From Anthoceros angustus (Eukaryota > Plantae > Anthocerotophyta): a stretch of 64,000 nucleotides of DNA. Under the pieces are notes generated by a model. The model was not told the DNA's origin. It saw only the letters and a program-made list of their open reading frames with translations, and ran no database searches. Location: the NCBI GenBank assembly GCA_010909165.1, contig MU008158.1, forward strand, positions 3,745,331 to 3,809,330. Reading direction: 5' to 3'. Below are positions 49,291 to 60,099 of this stretch, in pieces; within the stretch, counting starts at the first letter, position 1, and each line of letters starts with the position of its first letter. Position numbers and translations under genes: made by a program.

Positions 49291-50604
49291 ATGGCCAGCA
49301 CCTCCTCCTTCGCCCTTACAGGCTCGAATCCCATCTTCACCGACCACATTAGAGAGAAAGACCGATTCAACGGCCAACACTACCCTGTGTGGCGCGTTCG
49401 GATGAAGTCGATCCTTATTGGTCGAGGCGTTTGGAAGCTTATCGACGGCACTCTTCCAAAGCCCAATCACGCAGCAGTTCCACAGCCTTCTGCTGCAGAC
49501 ATTGAGAAATGGGAGTACTTGAACGGGATAGCTGTGGCACTCTTGATCAGCGGCCTGGATTCGAGTCTTGTGCCTAGTGTCGAATTTCTCTCAGATGCAT
49601 CCTCCATCTGGGACCAGTTGTCTAAAACATACAATGTTAACAATGTTCTAACCTTATGCGATTGTCTGGCGAATTCAACTCCTTAAGGATGAAGGAGACC
49701 TGACGCGTACGCCCACACCTCGAAGTTCGTGACACAGGGCAGCCTCGCCTCCTTGGCTCAACCATGTCGGAGACCGATGCCGCTGCACAGCTGCTAATGA
49801 GCTTACCACCGTCTTATCAAAATTTCGTGACCAGCCTGATGTTGGTATCAACTCATGGTAAGTCAGGTACACCCTCCACCCTTACAGTGGAGGACATTAT
49901 CGGCGCTCTGTATCAGCAGGAGCAGAGCCACCTTAGCTCTGCAGGAGGATCCAAGCCCGAGGCAGACAAGGCGTTTTCCACTCGCTTCAAGCCCGGGAAG
50001 AACTTGAAGGGCAAGGCGAACTTCACCCCTAAAGGTGAATCAACCTCTACCCCTCCTAGCCGAGCTGGAAACTGCAATTGGTGCGGAGCTGCCGGCCATT
50101 GGGCACGAGAGTGCCGCAAGAAAGAGGCCGGAGAGTTGAAGGGTGACCAGACAAAAGGCATTGCGATTAAAGGAACGCCAATGGAGGCGAACCGTAAAGA
50201 TACTTACGGTTTGCCTCAACACCCAGTTGCATCAGGATGCGGGGTGGTATCTGGACAGTGGAGCCACCGCCCACATATGCAACGATCGTACTCTATTCAC
50301 CAAGTTGGATACTCGTCCTCTCAGGGAAAGGGTGTTACTCGGTGATGAATAGAGTAGATCCAGCCTGCCAATCATGGGACAAGGCACTTGTGAATTTCCC
50401 CTAGAGGACAGTTCGGTGCTTACCTTGGAGCCTGTGCTCCTCATCCCACAGATGGGCAAGAACCTGGTCTCCATGACTCAGCTGCTGAAGCAAGGCGATC
50501 TTAAGATGCTTGCTTCAAGGGGGTCATGCTACTTTTTCGGGACCACAAATCCTGACTTGTGCCTCTCTTGCCGTGCCTCAAGGCGGCTGTCACGAGCTCA
50601 TTAG
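49291..50604 (+). pseudogene. copia gag (zinc knuckle) and aspartic protease, frameshifted
   Basis: FNGQHYPVWRVRMKSILIGRGVW, LLMSLPPSY, CNWCGAAGHWAREC (CCHC), WYLDSGATAHIC, VLLIPQMGKNLVS. Confidence 0.9.
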
Positions 50605-50693
50605 CCTCGTGAGGAGCGCACCAAAGAGGAGCGTCGCGCTCCATGGGAGATGGACTCCACCACTGGTCAGGTCACGTCCAGCTTAAGAGGAAG

Positions 50694-50921
50694 TGTTACG
50701 GAATGGATAATCTGCCCATAACCCTGTCGACCAGCTAGTTCCAGAGACCGTAATTATGATTTAATAATCTGACGGGTGCCTCTTCGGAAGAGACACCCAA
50801 TGACACTATTTAAGACACACTTTGTATACATCTTCCAGGCAGATTAACACGAACTATCTTTCTGAGCATGGCGTCTTGATCATGCTAGATTAGATGCAAT
50901 TCTACTGCTAGGATTTTCACA
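50694..50921 (+). repeat. 3' LTR
   Basis: Follows the PPT, ends TTTTCACA and is followed by the TSD GAGCA. Confidence 0.95.
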
Positions 50922-52132
50922 GAGCATCGCCGGTCGCGGCCGTGGAGGAGACAAGGCGGGTCTTGGCGGCCGTTGTGGATGGCATGTTGTGGGGGGTCTA
51001 CGGTACCGCAGAGAGGACGCAGGAAGTGGAAGCCACCCGGAGAAGTGTAACTCCGAGGCGGATGAGCGGCCGTAAGGCGGAATCCACAGCCTGGATCAAG
51101 ATGAGGCGGCGAAAAAGGCAAGGTCCATCAGATAGGGCTCGGGTGCTTCAACCGTATGAACAGTTGAAGCACGCTCAGGAGGGTCAGGCACGAACAGAGG
51201 CCTTGAGCCATCAAAAGGAGGAAGCGAGGGTGGCAGCAGATGTTGCGTGACAGCAGACGGAGGATGCTCGCGACTCGGTAGAGGCCACATGAAGGGAGGA
51301 GAGCAAGGCTCTGGAGGCTCAACTAAAGGGAGCCAAGAAAAGCGGCCAACGCCAAGAGATCGAGACTACTAGGCTGCAGAACTTGGAACCTGAGGAGGCG
51401 GCCGAGGCCTAAAGGAGGAGGCAAAGGCAGGGATAAAACGCCAGGCCCATGAAGTAAATGCAAGAGCGGCTGAGGGAGACGGGAGATCTCCAGATGCAGC
51501 TTCATGAGATGGACGAGGTGCGCAAGGAGCTATAGGGCCAGAAGGAGACCTTGGAGCTATGGCTCTGGGTGGTGGAGGAGAGAAACGGGATCCTCCAGGG
51601 TCTGATTGGGGACAATGAGCGGGAGGTAGAAAGACTCCAACTTTGCCTTAGGGTGGAGGAGAGCCATCGGCGAAGCAAGGAATTAGATGTCGCGGAGCTT
51701 CAGAAGGAGCCGACCGATGCCAACCGCCTAAAAGAACTCCCGGACCGGCTGGAGAGGGAGATGGAAGTCCTGAGCTAGAGGGTGACGAACCAGCAGCAAC
51801 AGAGGAACGAAGAGCAGAAGTTGTTGGTCCATCTGCGAAGGGCGGAAGGGGAATCCCCAGTCTTGGCGGGCCAATTGGCCGCTCTACGGAGCGAACAGGA
51901 AACAGAGCGGGCCAACGAGAAGCGACGGCTTCAGGAGCTGGCGGAAGCTTCTATAACGGCTTCCAGAGATGCTGCAAAGGCCCGGCTAGAGGGCCTGGGG
52001 GATGGAACGGCCCAATGGGCGGACGAGCACGCTCGATTACCGGAGAAACTCTGGAGGCGGGAATACCGAGTCCTTAGGGCCCATCTGGCGGAGGCCATTC
52101 AAGCAGTCACCGCGGTGGGGGTCCGCGCAGGG

Positions 52133-52290
52133 TTCGGACTTGGGGTCCGGACTTGGGGTCCGGACTTGGGGTCCGGACTTGGGGGTCCGGATACCGGAGG
52201 CGGGTTCGGACTTGGGGTTCCAAACCCCTGAGGAAAGACCGGACTTAGAGGGCCGGATTCGGAGGTGAGGCCGGACTTGGAGGTCCGAGC
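52133..52290. repeat. 13-bp minisatellite (TCCGGACTTGGGG)n decaying rightwards
   Basis: About 4 near-perfect units at 52133-52190, with degenerate copies after. Confidence 0.85.
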
Positions 52291-52629
52291 CCCTGATATG
52301 AGGACGGACCCAGTAGTCCGCATCCGGTATATGGATGTGGAGTGTCGTTAGTACATAAAATAGAGATTGGGGCGACGAAGCTGCGGAGCGGAGGAGGCAG
52401 CAAGGCTGCAAGAAGAGCTGGCCAAGCTCACCGTAGACATTGAGGCAGCTGGCGCACCCGGAAGAGGAAGAGGGTGTGGGCGGGAGGGGTAGTAGACCGA
52501 ATGGTGGTCGGTGCCCGTGCAAACAAGCCGAGGAGAGTCTTAGGGGCGGTCCGATCCTAACGCAGTGTGAATGGCAGCACAAACTGGATAACCATGTTTT
52601 TCATGTGGAAATCATATGGCGCCATGGCC

Positions 52630-53530
52630 CGTGCAGTCGGCCATGGAAAAAACCATACGAAAATAATATCCTCAATGGTATGTATTCTTATTTTTATTTT
52701 TTATGTGTTCTACATTATTTTTGTTTGAGTCCTACAAAGAGCTCATATATTACCCATGAAAGGACAATATACTCATGTTATAAATGTCATTCGGTGTCTA
52801 TGTAGTTTACTTATTTCAATATATAGGTGCTCTTATATGGAATCTCTTATGAATCTACGTAAAAATGAATATAAAAATGAATATAAAAATAATTACATTC
52901 CTAAATTTTATGCCTTTCATACCAGTCTTATATGCATATTTATGAAGTAAATTTATTTTTTAATAATTAAATATTTTTACTTTATAAAAATTATCTAATA
53001 ATATAAAAACATGAATAAGTACATCCAATAAAATTCATATGTAATTTAATACCTGTATCATGTGTAAAATAATATAGAGAGCATGTAGATAGGGTCCACA
53101 CAGTCGGCCATGAAAAGAGGGCATGAATATAATATCCTGTCAATTTATGATTTATGTTATTCCTTGTAAAGTCTTTGTACCCATTTGCTTTTGAGTACTA
53201 CAAAGAACTTGTAAATTACTCATGAAGCTATGAGTATGCTAAATGCATGTACTTTCTTTATATCAAAATATATGTACGCTTATATGAAATCGGTATGGGA
53301 TATACACATCATGCACTAATGGCTATGATTCGTATATGCCTTTCACAATTCCTTTCTGAATATCTAACACCTTCGTTCTAAATTTCTATCATGAATATAT
53401 TTCTATATTTTATACCAATAAATTACAAATAATAATCTATAATACAAATAATTCGATTAAATACAAAATATTTTATAATTTTAAAACAATACAATCATTA
53501 AACAATTACAACATTCAGCTTTATGTGAAT
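52630..53530. repeat. AT-rich diverged tandem duplication, period about 468 bp
   Basis: CAGTCGGCCATG...ATAATATCCT occurs at 52633 and 53101. Downstream landmarks (TTGAGT.CTACAAAGA, CTTATATG.AATC, TATGCCTTTCA) are collinear. Confidence 0.7.
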
Positions 53531-53640
53531 CCAATCTAAGGCTTTTTGTGCACGATTCTCCCCGCTCGAGCTACTCGAGACCATGATCCCTCCCCATCAA
53601 TAGGAACTCACAGGTCAAAGTTTTCTTGCAGGGTGCGCCT

Positions 53641-55575
53641 AACATATGCATTCAACCCATACGCTATAAAGTTGACGAGCCCTTGCAATCATACAGATGT
53701 AAGGGGCTATCATACAGGATCAGAGACTGAAAATCCACCAAGGCAGGGTGCCCTTACCATGAGAGCTGCAATGCCGATGTGAAGGCAATACAGCCAGAAC
53801 AGCCGTTGATGTGGTTTCACAGAATCATGAGTTCGGTTGATAGTTGCAAATGTGGACTCCAGGAGCCTATCAGAATCAATGGATAAAGGCACCACCTGTT
53901 CATGGCCTGAAAAGATGATAACGAAGTTCACAGTGATGACTAGATAATGGCGTATGTAAGTAATGTTATAAGCAACAACCACACCGAACGGTAGGGACAA
54001 GGTTTTGCATTCAGCTACCTACATTCATGTCAGCGCGCACCTCCACTTGTCGCTGATGTTCAGACATGCCCACTGCCATTTGCAATAACCAAGTGCTTAA
54101 ATCAAGCAATATATGGCAGATGGAACTAACGCGCTTGAGCCTGATGATGGCGACAGAAAGCCAGATACTTACTCGGGTTGTATGATTTATCATGCGAATG
54201 ACTGGAAAGTAAGCTGTTCCATTGAACAGTATAGCTCCCCATAGGGGTACATAGAATGTGATAGAATGTGAAAAGCCGTAGCACCTGGTACCAGAGTTTT
54301 GATAGTTGGCATCCATGGTTGCACAGTGGTCCTCCCACACTGCAATTGAAGAAAACCACAAAGCCTTTCCATACCTTTCCGTAGTTGTCTCTATCACGAC
54401 AAGCACCAAGCACCCGGTCCATAGTCATTTGAGCTGCAAATGCCAATAAATTGACCACTACGCTAGGAAAGACATGAAGATCACCACTAACCTGTCCAAA
54501 CTTGAAATTCGGCAGTCCTTCTTGGACCACCAATGCATTAGGGCCACTCCCAAATGCATCTTCCAGTGCATGAACGTGCACACAAAAGAACCTTTAGATG
54601 GTCCGTAAAACTATACGGTGTGGCACATTGTTGCGGTAACATATGCATTCAACCCATACGCTATAAAGTTGAAGAGCCCTGCAATCATACAGATGGGCTA
54701 TCATACAGGATCGTGAAAATCCACCAAGGCAGGTGCCCTTACCATGAGAGCTGCAATGCCGATGTGAAGCAAATAACATGTTGATGTGGTTTCACAGAAT
54801 CATGAGTTCGGTTGATAGTTGCAAATGTGGACTCCAGGAGCCTATCAGAATCAATGGATAAAGGCACCACCTGTTCATGGCCTGAAAAGATGATAACGAA
54901 GTTCACAGTGACAGCTAGATAATGGCATGTACAGGCGAAGTAATGTTATAAGCAACAACCACACCGAACGGTAGGGACAAGGTTTTGCATTCAGCTACCT
55001 ACATTCAGCACACCTCACTTGTCGCTGACGTTCAGACATGCCACCGCCATTTGCAATAACCAAGTGCTTAAATCAAGCAATATATGGCAGATGGAACTAA
55101 CGCGCTTGAGCCTGATGATGGCGGCGAAAGCCGATACTTACTCGGGTTGTATTTATCATGCGAATGACTGGAAAGTAAGCTGTTCCATTGAACAGTATAG
55201 CTCCCCATAGGGGTACATACATAGAATGTGAAAAGCCAGCACCCGGTACCAGAGTTTTGATAGTTGGCATCCATGGTTGCACAGTGGTCCTCCCACACCG
55301 CAATCGAAGAAAACCACAAAGTTTCGTACCTTTCCTGTAGTTGTCTCTGTCTGACCCAACACCAAGCACCAGCCATAGTCATTTGAGCTGCAAATGCCAA
55401 TAAATTGACCAGGAAAGACATGAAGATCACCACTAACTGTCCAAACTTGAAATTCGGCAGTCCTTCTTGGACCACCAATGCATTAGGGCCACTCCCAAAT
55501 GCATCTTCCAAAGCATGAACGTGCACACAAAAGAACCTTTAGATGGTCCAAAACTATAAGTGGCACATTGTTGTA
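53641..55575. repeat. about 1-kb direct tandem duplication (53641-54637 and 54638-55575)
   Basis: AACATATGCATTCAACCCATACGCTATAAAGTTGA starts both copies. They are collinear throughout and differ mostly by small indels. Confidence 0.92.
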
Positions 55576-55689
55576 AGAATATATGTCGATGCGGATGACT
55601 ACCTAGGCGACATGCCGAGAATGAACAGGAGCGTACCAACTAAAGTTCAAACCGGTCCGTTGTGGGTTTCAGGACTTCCATGTCAGTTA

Positions 55690-56880
55690 GATCATCTGCA
55701 AGGTAACGCCATTCTCCACTCACAAGATGGGCAATTGATGCAAACATGGCAGCATGACGGTGACGAGGCTCTTGCAACGGCACCCGGAATGGCGCGGCGT
55801 GTATGGGCGGCTATCCGTGGTGGAGGTCTGCACGCTCATTGCAACTCATATGCCCATCACACAGCACAGAGTCAACGCAGGAATACGTATACGCTTCGTG
55901 CAGGTGGAGCTGCAAGTCGATGGAATCGACATCCCAAGGAGGCAGGTGACGGAGGCGCTGTGGTTGATGTAGCCGGAGGACATGGCCCGCCGCTCGACGG
56001 TCCGCATCCGTCGCGTGTAGTACACCAACACGATGCCCATGTTCATGTGGCACATGGATTGTGAGTGGTTCCAGCAGTTTGCCGCGGTGTGTGCTGTGCG
56101 CTAGATTGGAATGGGAGCGATTCTTTGCTTGTCACCGAAATGGATGGTTGGATTGTGTGCGGCCTATGACAAGTATATAATTCTGCAGTCCATGGTGCAA
56201 TAGATGGGGCCACCCACTACGTCCCATGGTTGGTGGAAGATAACAAGCGGGGACAACCATTTTCAACGCCTATGTGGATGCAAAGTGAGGAGGTTTGGCC
56301 ATCCCAGGATTCGGTCGGACTGTAGTGAGCACAACTGATAGAGGCGGACATGATGATGAGGCCAAGGGCACAGCAACTTCATCCGTGGCCTCCGTGCCTG
56401 ACCGGGTCGTGGTTGCTTGCGATGCCTTTGTCGGTGAGGAGGTATGGTAGTAATCATGCATGTCTGCAGAGGATTGAGCATTTTGGCGGTCATTGGGGAG
56501 AAGTGGCGTTCACTGCAAGGGGTACATGATGGATTTGGTGAGGAGAAGCGAGTTGGACATCACCAACCCCTGGCACATCCATTCCCTACATGTCACCTTC
56601 ATGCCCACCATGAGGGCGGAGCTGGAACGTTGGAGGCAGGTGTGGAACAGGCACAGGGTGCGCAGGATAAGGGCCGCGGACATGGACATCCCCGGCTATG
56701 TGCTTGCAATAGCGTTCCAGGAAGAGGCTCGGCTCCAAGGGCGGGTGCAGCCACCCGCATATGGGACTGCGGATGACGATGGCGAGGAGTTCGATGCCTG
56801 TGGTCCTCAATATGCACAGAACGTGGCCCCCGAGATGCCACCGCTAGGTGTGATTGAGCTGTTGTCCGGGGTGAGTCTTC
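55690..56880 (+). mobile_element. degenerate IS3EU-like (integrase-core DDE) transposase
   Basis: NAGIRIRFVQVELQVDGIDIPRRQVTEAL..M*PEDMARRSTVRIRRVVY...MWHMD; VHGAIDGATHY..WL..DNKR; FGHP-RIRSD; QRIE; ELDITNPWHIHSLHVTFMPTMRAELERWRQVWNRHRVR. Collinear with the remembered RRVY..GPN.LWH.DG..HGGIDG..P.RVRSD..NQRIERLW..LD....H...LH.VF.P......F...WNNH..R family. Frameshifted. Confidence 0.75.
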
Positions 56881-59800
56881 GGCTGCAGCACACTTGTCTT
56901 TCACTACTACATTTTGCCCCTCAAAACAACGCTCCAAAACAACGGTTGGAAAAGGCGTTGTTTCTTAGGTTCGGAGCCATACCTCGTTTGGTGTGGATTT
57001 AGGTGCGACTAGGTCCGGGTAATTCTTAATGAGTAATTTTAGTTCTTAACAAATAATTTTAATTCTTAATGATTAATTTTATATTTAATCAATATAGTGT
57101 ATAATTAATCAGATATTTAGTAAACAGTGGAATACACTTAACGCGGCTTCATCCGCATCCAACGGGCCCCGTCCCGTTCCAACTTGTCGAACTTAGCAGC
57201 CGTCCGAATCCAACGGGCCCCGTCCCCACATCATGAGCACATCCTGTCTCGTTTGGAGCTGAGAAGCGCATCCGTCCCAAGGGAACAAGGGCATAGAAAG
57301 TTGAGTATTTGCTGCTCCATGAGTTTCACACCCGCAAGTTCATTGTCCTAACAAACTTACTCTCCGCGAGAAAGAGTGAATTGCTGTCAAGCGAAAGAAG
57401 TTGTCAAGCTTGGAAGTGGAGGACAGAGAAGAACTGGTCTTTGGAGATGAAAATGTCCAGGAAGAGACGCTTGTTGGGCCACCTGGAAAGTTTACAAGTT
57501 GCAATGTCTATAACCGGCTCCTAGTCGGCGAACTTCCTCATGTTGCTTCAATATTGCGGTTCCGTGAGACAGAAGACCACTGATCGAGACGACGTCGGTG
57601 TCATCCGTGCAATTACGGATGATGACGCTAGGTTAGCGATTTCTAACCCCTCACTATAGTCTGGCTAGAGTGCGAATTCTTTTCACGCATGGTTCCTGAG
57701 GAGACCTTCGCCTCCGCATGTCGAACTTGTGAACCTCTCCAACGATCCCTGACCGGCGCTTCGACTTCGCCGGTGTCGGCGATCATCGCGTCGCCTCCGC
57801 AGTGCAGGGCCTGAGAGCCCTCGTCTCCTCACCGTGAGTCTCCATTCCGCTGGCCACGGTGTCGGCACCATGGTGGTGTGGACACGGAAGCCTCTGCAAG
57901 GCTTACCGTCATGCCGGTTCCTCACTGCACCATTTGTATCTTACACCCCCGCGCACTCTTAAGCACCTCACACCTTCCTGCTGGTAAAACTCTGCTAGGT
58001 GAAACAACAGGCAGAGGACTTCATCATGCGCTACTATGAAGGATGGATGATGGTTTGCAACGGAAGCCTTCCAACGGTTGCTGGGGCAACTTTCAATGAC
58101 CTTTGCTTGGATGGCCTCTCCTCCATTAGCCTTTGTCAAAGCAATATCCCAGGGCCACAAGGAGCTCAGGGGGTCCTTCTTTCGTACTCACGGGCCGAAA
58201 CGCAGTTTCTTGAACATGGAGTACCACGAAGATATGAAATCTTGAATCCATACTATCGTTTTTGGCCACCACGGAAGATGATAGCTGGTGGCGGAAAAGC
58301 ATATTGAGGAGGATGGTCGATGTTTCCAGATTCTTGTACAAACCATAGTGGATTGCCCTCGTGGTCCACTTAGTAACGCATGGGGACTTAGTGGCCCAAT
58401 TGTGCTCCGCCTCTCGTGGGCTGCCCATCGACTTTGTCATCCGGCTATGAAGGTGACTTTGAGTGCTGCTTTGTATCCAAGTGTGAGGATCGGCTTGTCG
58501 GTCCGGCGACGTCCACTTGGTAGGTAGGTATCCGTGGGTTGATTTCATTCCTCACCTAAACTTTGAGAGTGCCTTGGACAACTTCTTAAAGCAAGAGTCA
58601 TTCATGGTACGTCCAGCCCCTCCTCACTGCGCGGATGGAAGATCATACCTCCACTTGGTGATCTTTTTGCTTCGTTTTTGAGTAGAGTGTGGCTACCATC
58701 TTCATACACACCATGCTAGGTCATGTTCTTCACGGGAGGCATCTTAGTTCATTGCCAATCAAGATACTTGATTGAAGCGCAGCTGCCCTTTCACATCGCG
58801 TTGGATCATCACAATATTGGTGCTTCCTAGCCCTTGTATGAGACCTACCATGGCGCCTACATAAACATCCAGGTCAGGACCACAATGTGGATGCTGCAGA
58901 GAGTGGAAGTGTGATTTTAGCAGCTGCTTCGCCAACAAATTTGCAACTCAGCACACTCGGTTCGGTTCTTGTTCCAGTGCATGATCACCCCTGAAGTGCT
59001 AAGGGGATATCTTCAGAAGGCTCCTTCTACAAGTACAGAGTTCATGGTAGGAGGGAGAGGTCAACTTGCCTGATTGGTGTTTTCCCTTCCAAATGAGTTG
59101 AACAGCGTCTCTCAGCTTTGGGGTTATTCTCCACAAAAAGGGACTAGGCAAGCAAAGGACCAAAAACACCCCCTCAAAACGGGCCAAAAGACACCTGCTT
59201 CAGAAAACTAGGTGGGAAGACATGTCTACTACGACATTATTCTGCACTTTTCTTTCACGCTCTTTGTAAACAGGTATAAGCTATTGAAGGTTCCTCGGTT
59301 TCAGCCATTCGATGTGATTTCGTGAATTTTGACAGTACCGGACTATGAAACACCTATTTCAGATCCAAGAGCTTCCGAGCGTGGAAACAAGGCAAGCCAA
59401 ACCCTTTGTAGTCCACAAACCAAACTCCGAGGGCGTTTTCGAACCGAGAATGCAAAAGAAGCGAGTCACCAAGAACGGAACCAATTGCGCGGACGTTCGG
59501 CCCAATTCTGAATGGGTATCATAAAATTGCCCGAAAACAGTCCAATCTAAAAAACTAAATCAACGACCTTGTAAACTAAACAGGAAATGTGACGAATCGA
59601 TTACACCATTCAAAGCATCAAAACAATATGAAAAACAGGGGCACATACAACCTTGTGCGCGAAGTTCGGCGCATTTACACGAAGGAAAAGAATCCTTCGT
59701 CCAACTTTTGCTGCATCGCGCCGAGCCCGCATCGAGGGTGGTCTCAAATGTGCCGGACGTCCGCGCATAGACAGTCACCCATCCGCTCACGGCATGTGAT

Positions 59801-60099
59801 TGATACAAAACGGAAGATTGTGAAGCTGGACAATTCAACTAGTTACTGTGAGGGTGGAGAAATCATGACCAAACGTCCTTTCTCGAGGCACGTCTCGGAT
59901 GTCAAATGGTGCGATTGGGAGTTGATTCGACTGGTGCTTGCTACAAATACAGTAGGATAATTGTCATCAATTGAAATCGAGGGAACCCATTAAGATGACT
60001 GAAGTACCTCATGATCTACTGAATCTTGTGCTCCTCAAACTTTGATGCAGGTTAACCTGCACTATGGTTAAACCTCCACCAGACAATAGTACAAACTAC

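Larger units (their letters stand above)
47870..50921 (+). mobile_element. complete non-autonomous copia-type LTR element encoding only gag + protease (TR-GAG-like), 3052 bp
   Basis: TG...CA LTRs at 47870-48093 and 50694-50921; TSD GAGCA at 47865-47869 and 50922-50926; PBS TGGTATCAGAGC at 48094-48105; PPT AAGAGGAAG at 50685-50693. No INT/RT/RH. Confidence 0.95.
46000..52600 (+). mobile_element. degenerate GC-rich retroelement-associated ORF region (Ty3/gypsy accessory-ORF-like, coiled-coil), host of the nested LTR element
   Basis: Intronless purine-rich broken ORFs (RWTVEVLRAVY...NGWLMSDLLDRRVR; E/R-rich coiled coil at 50940-52100) with many stops. The frame rejoins across the nested insertion. 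No pol domains or termini were identified. Confidence 0.45.

Noticed and set aside
52615-56981. TATGGC...GCCATA as termini of the IS3EU-like element
   Set aside because: Only about 8 of 9 bp match and the flanks (AAATCA vs CCTCGT) form no TSD.
57950-59050. Possible degraded gypsy integrase remnant
   Set aside because: Only vague resemblance; no diagnostic motif was recoverable by eye.
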